DNA of 64,000 nt from Candidatus Micrarchaeota archaeon (GCA_021850625.1 JAJZLJ010000027.1:23389-87388), one strand, 5' to 3'; shown: positions 9,249 to 18,597, numbered from the stretch's first letter. Notes: generated by a model from the letters alone, not told the origin. Numbers and translations are program-made.

Positions 9249-9881
9249 TCAGGTAATTATGGAAAGCATAACACTTAAAAATAAGTCAGAAGAATCTTCG
9301 CAGAAATCAAGCACATCATCAGATAGATACGCAAGATCTGTAAGGTGATAAAACAACTTAAAATCAATATCATTAGAATATGCGAAGTCTAACATAGAGT
9401 CTCTTAACGTATCACCTTCTTTTTCTATCAGCTTTATGCTAGATCTATAAGCCCTCATTTTGTTTATACTTTCAGTATCGTGCATTTTAGAAAGAAGTGT
9501 AATTGAGGTTTCTGCATAACCATTAAAGGATAATAAAGTTGTTTTAAGATAATTTGATGTTTTTTGATCTTTAATTTTATATCGCAAAAATTGCCGTGAA
9601 AGCTTAAATATCGAATCGAGAATACTTTCTTCTTTATTTAATATTTGTAACATGTCATCTATAAGATTTGGAGCTATTGCACCTGATGTTATAAGATGTG
9701 AAAACTTAAGATACTCGTTTGATGCTTTATTTTCTATTTTTTTGATATTTTCTATATTACTTTTGTTTTTTACTATTAATGAAAATTCTTGATTGGCCTT
9801 AAGCGCGAGCTTTGTTACATCTCTAGTTTGTAAGAATAAGTTTTGTTCGCCACTCATGAGTATTTTTTTGAAAATATCCAT
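9249..9881 (-). CDS. All-helical protein, possibly DUF47/PhoU-like
   Basis: The 210-aa size and N-terminal pattern resemble the DUF47 family. The call is weak. Confidence 0.3.
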   Translation of the reverse strand: MDIFKKILMSGEQNLFLQTRDVTKLALKANQEFSLIVKNKSNIENIKKIENKASNEYLKFSHLITSGAIAPNLIDDMLQILNKEESILDSIFKLSRQFLRYKIKDQKTSNYLKTTLLSFNGYAETSITLLSKMHDTESINKMRAYRSSIKLIEKEGDTLRDSMLDFAYSNDIDFKLFYHLTDLAYLSDDVLDFCEDSSDLFLSVMLSIIT

Positions 9882-10538
9882 TTATTTCACTATTTTTGTA
9901 TCATCCAAATTATTTAAAACCGAGTATATTCTATTGGCTTTTTTCTTTCCTATTTTCTCTATTTTTGCAAGTTCTTCTTGATTGGAATTTGAAACATTCT
10001 TTATAGAACCAAACTGCTGAAGAAGTTTTACTGCAATTTTTGTCCCAACTCCGGGAATTGAAGATAAAATAAGAAGCTGCCATTCATAATTGGTATGTGC
10101 TTTCTTTAATCCAATTAAACGTGGTTCCCTTTTTTCAGTTGTTTGTTCCTTCTCTGCAAAACTTGATAAAAGATAGGAGGTTTCAATTGGATTTAGAGAG
10201 TTTATCACTTGTATATTGTATTCACGATATAATTTTAGTATTGTCCCTAATATGACATTTCTACCTAATCTTGTTTCTGAAATCTCTCCTTCTAGTATAA
10301 GTATTGGTTTTTCAAAACTTCTACACAGCCTATCTGCTTGTTCAAAGAGTCTAGAATCGATTATGGAATTTTCAAAATCAGAGATTGTTTTACGTTCTAC
10401 ACACATCCGATCAGAAAGAATATAATCGCCTATTGGAAGTTGTTTAAAAGAAATGTGTATATTGTTTTGGACGAGATTTTCTAGAAGATCATTATTGCGT
10501 TCGCGATTATCTACTATTATCAAAAGTTCAGCCATCAT
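9882..10538 (-). CDS. xpf: Short archaeal XPF/ERCC4-family nuclease with a C-terminal (HhH)2 domain
   Basis: The ERCC4 core is IVDNRERN...GDYILSDRMCVERKTISDF. The HhH part is IPGVGTKIAVKLLQQFGS...IEKIGKKKANRI. Confidence 0.75.
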   Translation of the reverse strand: MMAELLIIVDNRERNNDLLENLVQNNIHISFKQLPIGDYILSDRMCVERKTISDFENSIIDSRLFEQADRLCRSFEKPILILEGEISETRLGRNVILGTILKLYREYNIQVINSLNPIETSYLLSSFAEKEQTTEKREPRLIGLKKAHTNYEWQLLILSSIPGVGTKIAVKLLQQFGSIKNVSNSNQEELAKIEKIGKKKANRIYSVLNNLDDTKIVK

Positions 10539-10680
10539 ATTTCCTCATCAAAACAATACAGTATTACATACTTTTTATATTTATATAAGTTGTGGTATTT
10601 TACAATTTATGCTATATAGTAAATAAGGAGGACTTTATCGACTTTGTATGTAGAATATAAAGTTGATAAATTTAATAAAT

Positions 10681-12375
10681 TTAATATGATAGTTCTTTTG
10701 AACGTTCTTTTATTTCTTTTTCTATATTATTTATAAATTCAGATAGCTCAACATTGAATTTTTGCTTGCCAGAACGTGAGCGCACAGTAATTTTAGAGGC
10801 TTCTTCCTCTTTTTTACCTAGAACTATAGTATATGGAAGTTTCATAGTTATTGCTTCTCTTACTTTGTACTCAAGCGTTTTATCAGAGATATCAAGTTCG
10901 GTTCTTATTCCATGAAGTTTGAGTTCTTTGTATATTTTATCTGCGTAGTCATTGGTTTGTTGAGATATAGATAGTACCCTGACTTGTATTGGAGAAAGCC
11001 ATGTAGGAAATTTGCCCTGATAATGTTCAACCATAACTGCAGTAAAACGCTCTATCGAACCGAGTATAGCTCGATGTATTATTATTGGAACCTGAGTGTG
11101 ACCATCTTCTGCAGTATACTCAAGATTAAATCGTAATGGAAGTTGATAATCTATTTGTATTGTTGCACATTGCCAACTTCTGCCCATAGAATCGATAACA
11201 TCGAAATCTATTTTAGGACCATAAAATGCACCATCCTTTTCCTTAATTCCATACGACATCGAATTAGCTTCCAAGGCACTTTTTAATGCATTTGTAGCCT
11301 TCTCCCATAACTTCTCGTCCCCCATATGTTCATCTGGCATTGTAGAAAGCTTAGCATTAAATTGCATGCCAAAAACATTATAGGTTTCTTTCACCATCTT
11401 TAACAACGTGATCATCTCATCTTTAAGTTGATCTTCTCTTACAAAGATATGCCCATCGTCTTGAGTAAGTTCTTGTACACGTAGAAGTCCGCTTACGACG
11501 CCAGACAATTCACGCCTATATATCTTATCGAATGTTGCTGTTCTAAATGGAAAATCTCTATAACTCCATTTTCTTGATTTGTAAATTAATATGGTTGATG
11601 GACAATTCATAGGCTTAAGACCATGATCACCCGATTCAGTTTCAAACATAAACATATTTTCTTTATAATGTTCTAGATGTCCGCTCACCTGCCATAATGC
11701 AATATTTGATACTACAGGTGTGCTTGTCTCTAGATAATCGTACCTAAACTCTTCATCACGCATTAGTTTTATTAGTTCACGATATATAGTATGACCATGT
11801 GGATGCCAATAGACCATTGCAGGGGATACTTCCTGAAAACTGTATAAATCTAGTCTTTCACCTATTGTTCTATGATCTGTTTCGGGAAGACCTGCCCATG
11901 AACTTTTTCTTACTATTGCCGTATTTTTGCTTATTGGTTTTACTTTGGTATAGGTTTTTGTCGTTGCATCTAATCCATAACTTCTAGACTGCTCTGCGAG
12001 AGGATGAGCTTTTATATCTAGAATAAGTTTTTTGTTCCAGCCAAATGGAGCTTTTACAACAGTTAATTCCTTTGGAACATTTTTATACATATATTCGAGA
12101 ATTTGCATTGCTTCTTTTGGTGAAGCAAGATTTCCACTTAAATGTGCAAAGGGATATATAACTAGAGAATTTCTATCCAATTTCTTCATGAACTCATAAG
12201 TATCAAACATGGCTTTTTCTGCCATTTCGTTTGTATCTCCAACTTCTACCGAAACTAAAATAACAAGCGTATCTTTAATTATAGTTCTTTCTTTTTTTAC
12301 ATCATCGTAAAGACTTGCTTCTGGACGTATAGGTTCAAATGTTATGCTATCTACGTCCATTTGAAGTATTTTCAT
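10681..12375 (-). CDS. thrS: Threonyl-tRNA synthetase, archaeal type
   Basis: The 564-aa ORF has an archaeal N-terminal editing-like domain. Class II core motifs are present (HRTIGERLDLYSF, MNCP, FRTATFDKIYRRE, RAILGSIERF), along with an anticodon-binding C-terminus. Confidence 0.9.
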   Translation of the reverse strand: MKILQMDVDSITFEPIRPEASLYDDVKKERTIIKDTLVILVSVEVGDTNEMAEKAMFDTYEFMKKLDRNSLVIYPFAHLSGNLASPKEAMQILEYMYKNVPKELTVVKAPFGWNKKLILDIKAHPLAEQSRSYGLDATTKTYTKVKPISKNTAIVRKSSWAGLPETDHRTIGERLDLYSFQEVSPAMVYWHPHGHTIYRELIKLMRDEEFRYDYLETSTPVVSNIALWQVSGHLEHYKENMFMFETESGDHGLKPMNCPSTILIYKSRKWSYRDFPFRTATFDKIYRRELSGVVSGLLRVQELTQDDGHIFVREDQLKDEMITLLKMVKETYNVFGMQFNAKLSTMPDEHMGDEKLWEKATNALKSALEANSMSYGIKEKDGAFYGPKIDFDVIDSMGRSWQCATIQIDYQLPLRFNLEYTAEDGHTQVPIIIHRAILGSIERFTAVMVEHYQGKFPTWLSPIQVRVLSISQQTNDYADKIYKELKLHGIRTELDISDKTLEYKVREAITMKLPYTIVLGKKEEEASKITVRSRSGKQKFNVELSEFINNIEKEIKERSKELSY

Positions 12376-12449
12376 AAAATGACCAAATATTTATATAATT
12401 TAATGAATTTAATCTTTTTGTTTATTTACCCATTAGAGTAGTATTCCAA

Positions 12450-12767
12450 TTATCTATACATATTGCTATCTGCAGTAAATTTTATCTCTGGTTTCTTTGG
12501 CATTGATTTGTCCAAAAGCTGCTTTTCCAGTGTTACTATATTCTCAGATAAAGCCTTAGCAAGAAGTTTTGCTGTATTTTTGCTTATTACAAATTCCCCT
12601 ATTGCCTGATGCTTTAACATGTCCATAAAAATCAATGTTATATTGCCTTCTTTTTCTATTTCTCCTTTCTCGCCCTTTATAGCCTTTATTTTAAGTGCCA
12701 ATGCGACTTCATCCGCAAATATTGGTTTTGTATCTGTAAAGTTTATGTTCATTTTTTCTTCTTCCAT
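12450..12767 (-). CDS. Small conserved protein, DUF3467-like
   Basis: FVISKNTAKLLAKALSENIVTLEKQL resembles the DUF3467 C-terminal signature. An internal Met is used as the start, because the upstream part of the tracked ORF looks non-coding. Confidence 0.35.
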   Translation of the reverse strand: MEEEKMNINFTDTKPIFADEVALALKIKAIKGEKGEIEKEGNITLIFMDMLKHQAIGEFVISKNTAKLLAKALSENIVTLEKQLLDKSMPKKPEIKFTADSNMYR

Positions 12768-12909
12768 AAAATCAACGATATAGATGGTCAGTAAGAATAT
12801 ATGAAGATGTTGTTTTGTAAATTCTTGCAGAATCAAATAGATAATTTTTTCAATTATGAAGATCAACTGTAAAACATACTTATTTATTTTTTAATTGTTA
12901 TTTCAGTAT

Positions 12910-13065
12910 ATGACAAGAGAAGAATTTTTCTGTAGCGTATGCGGTCTGCATTATGTAAGTAGAGATTTAGCGGATAAATGCCATGAGTGGTGTTCAAAGC
13001 ATGATAGTTGCAATTTAAATATAGCAAGACAGTCTTTAGAAGCTAAAAAAGCAAGAACGTCATAG
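12910..13065 (+). CDS. Unannotated 51-aa Cys/His-rich small protein
   Basis: Hand translation gives MTREEFFCSVCGLHYVSRDLADKCHEWCSKHDSCNLNIARQSLEAKKARTS. It has a CxxC pair plus C, H, C and C residues. It is below the ORF-track size cutoff. Confidence 0.35.
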   Translation: MTREEFFCSVCGLHYVSRDLADKCHEWCSKHDSCNLNIARQSLEAKKARTS

Positions 13066-13202
13066 CGTAGGCTAATGAGACATACTGCAAGCTTATAGCG
13101 TATAACACAACAGTCCTGATAAATTCGATGTATGAATTAAAGATAGAGTCGATGCTTAATTTATTCGTTTAAATTTACACAACCTTTAAAGTAGGATGTA
13201 TA

Positions 13203-13703
13203 TTAAATTTTTTTATAAGAAGATGTTCCACCTACTTCGTATCCAAGTTTATTATAAAAGTCAAGTGCTTTTTTATTTGATGTAAAGAACCCGACCATAA
13301 CAATATTACAACCATTTTCTTTTAACCATTTCTCCGCCTTTTCCATTAGTTTGCTACCGATATTACTGCCCCTATGATGAGATTCTACATATATTTCAGT
13401 TATAGTACCAAATTTCTTCAGTGGTTCTTTTAATCCTAATAAATCTACTTTAGATGGTGCCTCTGGTAGTTCAGCAATTACATAGCCTACAACTTTATCT
13501 TTCACTTCTGCTACATAGAATATCTTGTTTTTCTTTGAAACACCTTCGACTATCTCTTTTAAATATTCGACACCATATCCTTTCTTCTTATCATATTCAT
13601 CTAAGGTATCAAAAGCCATCATTGTATCTTTCATACCCTCAATTAATTGGATTGCCACCTTTTTATCGCTTTTTCTATATTCTCGTACCTCAGGATTTAT
13701 CAT
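13203..13703 (-). CDS. GNAT-family N-acetyltransferase
   Basis: The acetyl-CoA binding motif HHRGSNIGSKLMEKAEKWLKENG is present, and the size (166 aa) is typical. Confidence 0.75.
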   Translation of the reverse strand: MINPEVREYRKSDKKVAIQLIEGMKDTMMAFDTLDEYDKKKGYGVEYLKEIVEGVSKKNKIFYVAEVKDKVVGYVIAELPEAPSKVDLLGLKEPLKKFGTITEIYVESHHRGSNIGSKLMEKAEKWLKENGCNIVMVGFFTSNKKALDFYNKLGYEVGGTSSYKKI

Positions 13704-13842
13704 TTATATCATTTTAATATTCAAAAATTAAATATAAATATACTTCGTACCTCGATTCTCTTGTTTTTAATAGCCATAAAGTTCCGATAACATTTGCTTA
13801 CAAGATAATTTAAGAATAAACTGTTAAAACAATTGTTAGTCT

Positions 13843-13889
13843 CTGCTAATAAATTCCTTTTTGTGCTAATAAATGAGATTAATTAGCAG
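13843..13889. promoter_or_regulatory. Three TGCTAAT boxes (candidate operator)
   Basis: An 11-nt direct repeat TGCTAATAAAT occurs at 13844-13854 and 13864-13874, 20 nt apart. An inverted copy ATTAGCAG lies at 13882-13889 and pairs with CTGCTAAT at 13843-13850. Confidence 0.3.
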
Positions 13890-13918
13890 TATTTATTACA
13901 CAAAGCCTTATTTAAGAA

Positions 13919-13977
13919 ACATTTATATATCTTAATGTTATAACATTAAATTACATTATAATACATTTATATAAATG
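13919..13977. promoter_or_regulatory. Nested palindromes and a TATA-like tract at the RHH gene start
   Basis: ACATTTATATA (13919-13929) is inverted against TATATAAATGT near 13965-13976. A perfect 14-nt palindrome AATGTTATAACATT lies at 13934-13947. The palindrome CATTTATATAAATG (13964-13977) contains the ATG. Confidence 0.3.
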
Positions 13978-14217
13978 TGGATGAATAAAATGACGAATAA
14001 AAATATTGATAAAAAGGCAAGAAAGTATACGACAATAACAATACCACAGCCTCTATTTAATAAAATAAAAAAAAGCATAGAAAACACCGGCTTTTCTTCA
14101 GTTTCAGATTGGGTTACATTTGTCTTAAGAGAAACAATGATAGATATGGAAAAAAAGGATAGTAAGAATAAAAGCGCAGTTATGGAAAAACTTGAGGCGC
14201 TAGGTTATACTGGTTGA
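13975..14217 (+). CDS. Ribbon-helix-helix (CopG/Arc-like) DNA-binding protein with a CysD-type C-terminal tail
   Basis: KYTTITIPQPLFNKIKKSIENTGFSSVSDWVTFVLRE fits the RHH fold pattern. The C-terminus is KSAVMEKLEALGYTG. Confidence 0.6.
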   Translation: MWMNKMTNKNIDKKARKYTTITIPQPLFNKIKKSIENTGFSSVSDWVTFVLRETMIDMEKKDSKNKSAVMEKLEALGYTG

Positions 14218-14221
14218 TTTT

Positions 14222-14506
14222 ATGAATGATGACTTTAAAGAAGCTTCAGAGCTGCTTTGGAAAAAACAAAGCAAAGAAAATTGGGAAAATTTTAGTTCTG
14301 CGTTAAAATCTAGCACTGCCAAGTATTACAAAATAGTTTTTGAGAAAGGCAAAATAAACAAAGAACAGGATTTAAGGAAATCTTATGCTGAGATATATGA
14401 TGTAAAGGAAAAACTGTTGCTAAAGATACCTATTTTTATGAATGAAGGTAAAAAGGTCGTTGGAGCGACAATTTACCTAATAGGATTGCAGATACTTAAT
14501 AAGTGA
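14222..14506 (+). CDS. Hypothetical protein (94 aa)
   Basis: It is packed 4-5 nt from both neighbours in the operon. No motif was recognised. Confidence 0.4.
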   Translation: MNDDFKEASELLWKKQSKENWENFSSALKSSTAKYYKIVFEKGKINKEQDLRKSYAEIYDVKEKLLLKIPIFMNEGKKVVGATIYLIGLQILNK

Positions 14507-14510
14507 TTTT

Positions 14511-15299
14511 ATGATAATACAAGATATAAAAGAACTTGAGGAAAAAAGCATTTACATAATAAGAGAGGCAACAAACAACTTCAAAAATGTTGCTGCGCTT
14601 TGGAGCATGGGAAAGGACAGCACATCAATGCTTATGCTTGCTAGGAAGGCATTTCTTGGAAAAGTCCCATTTCCAGTTATACATATTGATAATGGAATAG
14701 ATTTCCCTGAAACATATAAATTCAGAGATGAACTTGCAAAGAAATGGAACCTTGATTTGATTGTAGCTAAAAGTGAAATAAAGCCAGAGATGTCCGGATT
14801 TGCATGTTGCGGTGCGAATAAGACAGTGGCATTAAAAAAACTTATGAAAGAAAAAGGATTTGATGCTTTGATTGTTTCTATAAGAAGAGATGAACACGGA
14901 ATAAGAGCGAAAGAGAGATATGTTAGCCCAAGAAATAAAGAATTTAAATGGAATTATAAAAACCAGCCCGCCGAGGTTTGGGGAAATTATCTTTCTGAGC
15001 TTGGAAAAGGAGGCCACGTAAGAGTACACCCGCTTCTTGACTGGAATGAAATAGATATATGGAACTATACAAAACAAGAAAAAATACCTATGAACCCCCT
15101 TTACTTTTCTAGAAACGGCTTCAGATATAGAAGTCTTGGATGTACGCACTGCACCGTTCCAATAAAATCAAATGCAAAAAACATCGATGATATAATTAAA
15201 GAGCTTGAAACTACAGAAGTAGAAGAGAGAGCTGGACGAGAACAGGATAAGGAAAAATCGTACGTTATGGAAAAGCTAAGAGCCTTAGGTTATATGTAG
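14511..15299 (+). CDS. cysD: PAPS-reductase-fold PP-loop enzyme, sulfate adenylyltransferase subunit 2 (CysD)-like
   Basis: The PP-loop is ALWSMGKDST. The CysD-like C-terminus is EERAGREQDKEKSYVMEKLRALGYM. A CysN-like GTPase gene lies immediately downstream. Confidence 0.65.
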   Translation: MIIQDIKELEEKSIYIIREATNNFKNVAALWSMGKDSTSMLMLARKAFLGKVPFPVIHIDNGIDFPETYKFRDELAKKWNLDLIVAKSEIKPEMSGFACCGANKTVALKKLMKEKGFDALIVSIRRDEHGIRAKERYVSPRNKEFKWNYKNQPAEVWGNYLSELGKGGHVRVHPLLDWNEIDIWNYTKQEKIPMNPLYFSRNGFRYRSLGCTHCTVPIKSNAKNIDDIIKELETTEVEERAGREQDKEKSYVMEKLRALGYM

Positions 15300-15306
15300 T
15301 GATTTA

Positions 15307-16530
15307 ATGATGATAAGAAGAGTCACATTACTAGGCCATAAAGACCATGGTAAATCTACACTCATTGGAAACCTTGCAATAATAACAGGTTCGGTGACTG
15401 AAGCTAGAATAAATGATGCTAAGAAAACAAGCAAAAAGCTAGGTTTACAATTTGAACCTGGATTTATACTAGATAGTTTTTATGAAGAACGAGAAGGAGG
15501 ACTTACTATAGACACAACACGTGCACAGATAAAATACAAGGATAGTGCATTTGAATTTATAGATGTTCCAGGGCATGAAGAGCTTACTAAAAATATGATA
15601 AGCGGAGCTTCGTATGCTGATGTTGCATTACTCATGGTATCAACTAAAAAAGATGAGGGTATAAAACCTCAGACAAAAAGGCACATATTCATAGCTAAGA
15701 TGCTTGGAATAACTAAATTAGTAGTTGCCATAAATAAAATGGATGCTGCTAAATATAGTGAAGAGATTTTTGAAGAGATTAAACATGATCTCTCCGAATA
15801 TCTCTCAAAAATAGGTTTTGATAGAAATAATGTTGCGTTTGTACCTATATCAGCGTATACAGGAGAAGGACTTATAAAAAACTCTAAAAACATGAGTTGG
15901 TATAAAGGAGCTACGTTAATAGAATTACTTAAAAAAATGTCTGAAAAGAAAGAGATATCTCGAATAGAACTTGCTGTTCTTTTGCAAGGTGAGATAGGAA
16001 GGGATAAAAAAATAGTCGCAGGAAAGGTAGTTTCTGGTGTTTTGAACAATCATTCACAGATAATGCTACTCCCTGGAAAAGAGCTATTTACAATAAATGA
16101 CATAGTAGTACGTGGAGGTAGTACAAATAATGCTGTATACGGAGAAAATGTTGCAATTGTACTGGACAAGGAACCAAAAAATGAGGTAAGAGGCAAGGTA
16201 CTTGTAGAAAAAGACATGAAGAAAAAAGCAGTTAGAGAGATAGTTGCTATGATTTTTTTTATTAGGAAGATCTCAGGCCATGTTTCCTTATTGATAAATG
16301 GCTCTAAGATTGATTGTATGAACATAGAGATTATAAAAACCATAGATATAGTTACGGGTAAAGAATCAGAATTAAAGATCATTAAGCCTCTAGGAGCAAT
16401 TCAAGCAAGAATAAGACTCAATAAAGAGGTATTTGTAGAAGATTTTCAAGAAATGCCAGAATTAGGTAGATTTGTGATATATGATAATGATAAATTTTCT
16501 GGTATAGGCGTAGTAGAGGTTAAAAAATGA
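15307..16530 (+). CDS. cysN: EF-1alpha/CysN-family translational-type GTPase (sulfate adenylyltransferase subunit 1-like)
   Basis: G1 is GHKDHGKST, G2 region is REGGLTID, G3 is DVPGHEE, G4 is NKMD and G5 is SAYTG. Beta-barrel domains follow. Confidence 0.6.
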   Translation: MMIRRVTLLGHKDHGKSTLIGNLAIITGSVTEARINDAKKTSKKLGLQFEPGFILDSFYEEREGGLTIDTTRAQIKYKDSAFEFIDVPGHEELTKNMISGASYADVALLMVSTKKDEGIKPQTKRHIFIAKMLGITKLVVAINKMDAAKYSEEIFEEIKHDLSEYLSKIGFDRNNVAFVPISAYTGEGLIKNSKNMSWYKGATLIELLKKMSEKKEISRIELAVLLQGEIGRDKKIVAGKVVSGVLNNHSQIMLLPGKELFTINDIVVRGGSTNNAVYGENVAIVLDKEPKNEVRGKVLVEKDMKKKAVREIVAMIFFIRKISGHVSLLINGSKIDCMNIEIIKTIDIVTGKESELKIIKPLGAIQARIRLNKEVFVEDFQEMPELGRFVIYDNDKFSGIGVVEVKK

Positions 16531-17651
16531 AGCATCTTTTAATAATGGAGTCTGGATCCTTTAAGACCTTTGGAGGGGCTGCTAATGCTACATATGACAT
16601 ATATATGCATTTAAAAGAATCTAAAGAGTATAAAGTAGATCTCTTTGCTGATTTTATTAAGATAGATCCTAATGCAAAATCAATAAAAATAGAGGATCTT
16701 TCTAAACGCAAATATGATTTAGTTATGCTTAATTCCATAAGAGATGTACCTTTTGTATTAAAGCATTTGATAAATAAAAAGAGCAAAAATGCCAAGTACA
16801 TTTATGTTGATAGAGGGAATGTGTTGCTTAATTTTAGAAATGCAGGAATTAAAAAAGCACTGCCTAAAATGATTGCAAGAGAATATTTAATGAATAAAAT
16901 GAAGAAATGGCTTGATTGCTATGTTGCTCTTTCTGCTGCACAGTATAGATTTGCTAAGAAATTCTTTTCTGATAAAACGCAGCTCACTTATTTGCCCATA
17001 ACACCTAATGAAAGTTTTAAGAGGGTGCTAGTTACAACAAAAGAACCTAATGCAATTTATGTAGGAAGACTTGATGAACGACAAAAAAAGGTCGGGTTGC
17101 TCATAAAAGGCGTTGAACGAGTAGTTACCTTGCATCAAGAACTAAGATCCAAACATCTTTTGACAATAGTTGGAAGCGGACCTGATTCTGAAAAATATAA
17201 AAAATACGTAGAGCAGATGCATCTTTACAAAAATATAAAATTTCATGGTTATGTTAAAGAAAAAGAGTTGGTTAATATTTATAATACATCAGGATTTTTT
17301 GTATCGTACTCTGAATGGGAGGGAATGAGCAGAACCTTTCTTGAGGCTATGGCTTGCGGTCTTCCTCTTCTCATCAATGAAAAAAACAATACATTAATAG
17401 GATATAAGCCACTGACATGGCTTGTTACCGAGTATTATAATGGTTTGATTTATAAATATGGAGACATAGATAATTTTGCCAAAAAATTTTATGAAATCTA
17501 CAAGGGAGAACGATTGAGAAAAGATCTTTCAAGAAATGCCTACGAGTTTTCAAAACAATTTAATAATAGGGAAAATCTTGATACATACAAGACAATAATA
17601 GACAGGCTTATCCTAGATAAATTAGTATCAAGCATAGTTTTTAAGCAATAA
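16527..17651 (+). CDS. GT4-family (GT-B) glycosyltransferase
   Basis: It carries the EX7E-type motif YSEWEGMSRTFLEAMACGLPLL. Its start overlaps the cysN-like stop (ATGA). Confidence 0.75.
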   Translation: MKHLLIMESGSFKTFGGAANATYDIYMHLKESKEYKVDLFADFIKIDPNAKSIKIEDLSKRKYDLVMLNSIRDVPFVLKHLINKKSKNAKYIYVDRGNVLLNFRNAGIKKALPKMIAREYLMNKMKKWLDCYVALSAAQYRFAKKFFSDKTQLTYLPITPNESFKRVLVTTKEPNAIYVGRLDERQKKVGLLIKGVERVVTLHQELRSKHLLTIVGSGPDSEKYKKYVEQMHLYKNIKFHGYVKEKELVNIYNTSGFFVSYSEWEGMSRTFLEAMACGLPLLINEKNNTLIGYKPLTWLVTEYYNGLIYKYGDIDNFAKKFYEIYKGERLRKDLSRNAYEFSKQFNNRENLDTYKTIIDRLILDKLVSSIVFKQ

Positions 17652-18593
17652 GTTTATTGTATACTCGATTGCTTGGGCCGAGGTCATAGTTGGTTTAAAG
17701 CCTATATCAAGTAATCTCTTATTGCTTATGAAGTTATCTACTACATCTCCTTTCCATCCTTCTTGTTGAGTTTGGTAAGAAATTTTTACAGTGCTTTTGC
17801 AGAGTTTTAAAGATAATTCTGCTATTTCCCTTACTGATATTTGATCACTAGAAGCAAGATTAAATATATTATTTTTATATTTTTCATTAGAATATACATG
17901 GAAGATTCCAGAAAGTATATCAGGTACTGCAATATAGTTTTTCTTCTGTGTGCCATTTCCAAGAACATTTAACTCAGTAGCATTGCTTTTTAATTTTTTA
18001 ACAAAGTCATATGCAACTCCATGAGTCATGTTTTTTCCTACCGCATTTGCTAATCTAAAAATATTATAATCTATACCATAAATTGAATTAAAAGCACAAA
18101 TTAACGCTTCCGAACCTAACTTCATTGAGGCATAGAGAGAAATTGGAAGCATAGGCCCATAGCTTTCTGGGGTTGGAAGAATAGTGGCATTTCCATAAAC
18201 ACTTCCTGAAGAAGGAAAGATTATATGATTTATGTTGGATAAACGCATAGCATCAAGAACATTGAACGTTGTTCTTAGTCCTTCATCAAAAACAGCGCCA
18301 GAATAACTTATTATGGGATTTGCAGCCATGTGGATTATACAGTTTGGATTATATTTTTTAAGAGAAGTTATAAGGAGTTCTTTATCAAGGGTTGATCCTT
18401 TTATGAAAGTCATGCCTTTATCTGAAAAATTTTTTATGAAATCATAATTTCCGCTTTGAAGATTATCGTATACAATTACTTCTGCTTTCTTATTAATAAG
18501 AAATTCGACTACATTGCTACCTATAAAACCAGCACCGCCTGTAACAAAAAAGGTCTTTTTTGAGATTTTATCTATTGGCATTCGTTCACTCAA
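17628..18593 (-). CDS. NAD-dependent sugar-nucleotide epimerase/dehydratase (SDR extended family)
   Basis: The Rossmann motif is VTGGAGFIGSNVV and the catalytic motif is YASMK (YxxxK). Confidence 0.8.
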   Translation of the reverse strand: MSERMPIDKISKKTFFVTGGAGFIGSNVVEFLINKKAEVIVYDNLQSGNYDFIKNFSDKGMTFIKGSTLDKELLITSLKKYNPNCIIHMAANPIISYSGAVFDEGLRTTFNVLDAMRLSNINHIIFPSSGSVYGNATILPTPESYGPMLPISLYASMKLGSEALICAFNSIYGIDYNIFRLANAVGKNMTHGVAYDFVKKLKSNATELNVLGNGTQKKNYIAVPDILSGIFHVYSNEKYKNNIFNLASSDQISVREIAELSLKLCKSTVKISYQTQQEGWKGDVVDNFISNKRLLDIGFKPTMTSAQAIEYTINLLLKNYA

Positions 18594-18597
18594 AATA

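Noticed and set aside
12768-12866. The N-terminal 33 codons of tracked ORF 12450-12866 (MIFIIEKIIYLILQEF…).
   Set aside because: This segment is hydrophobic and low-complexity, and it precedes the conserved DUF3467-like core. The internal Met is the more plausible start, so the extension is treated as non-coding.
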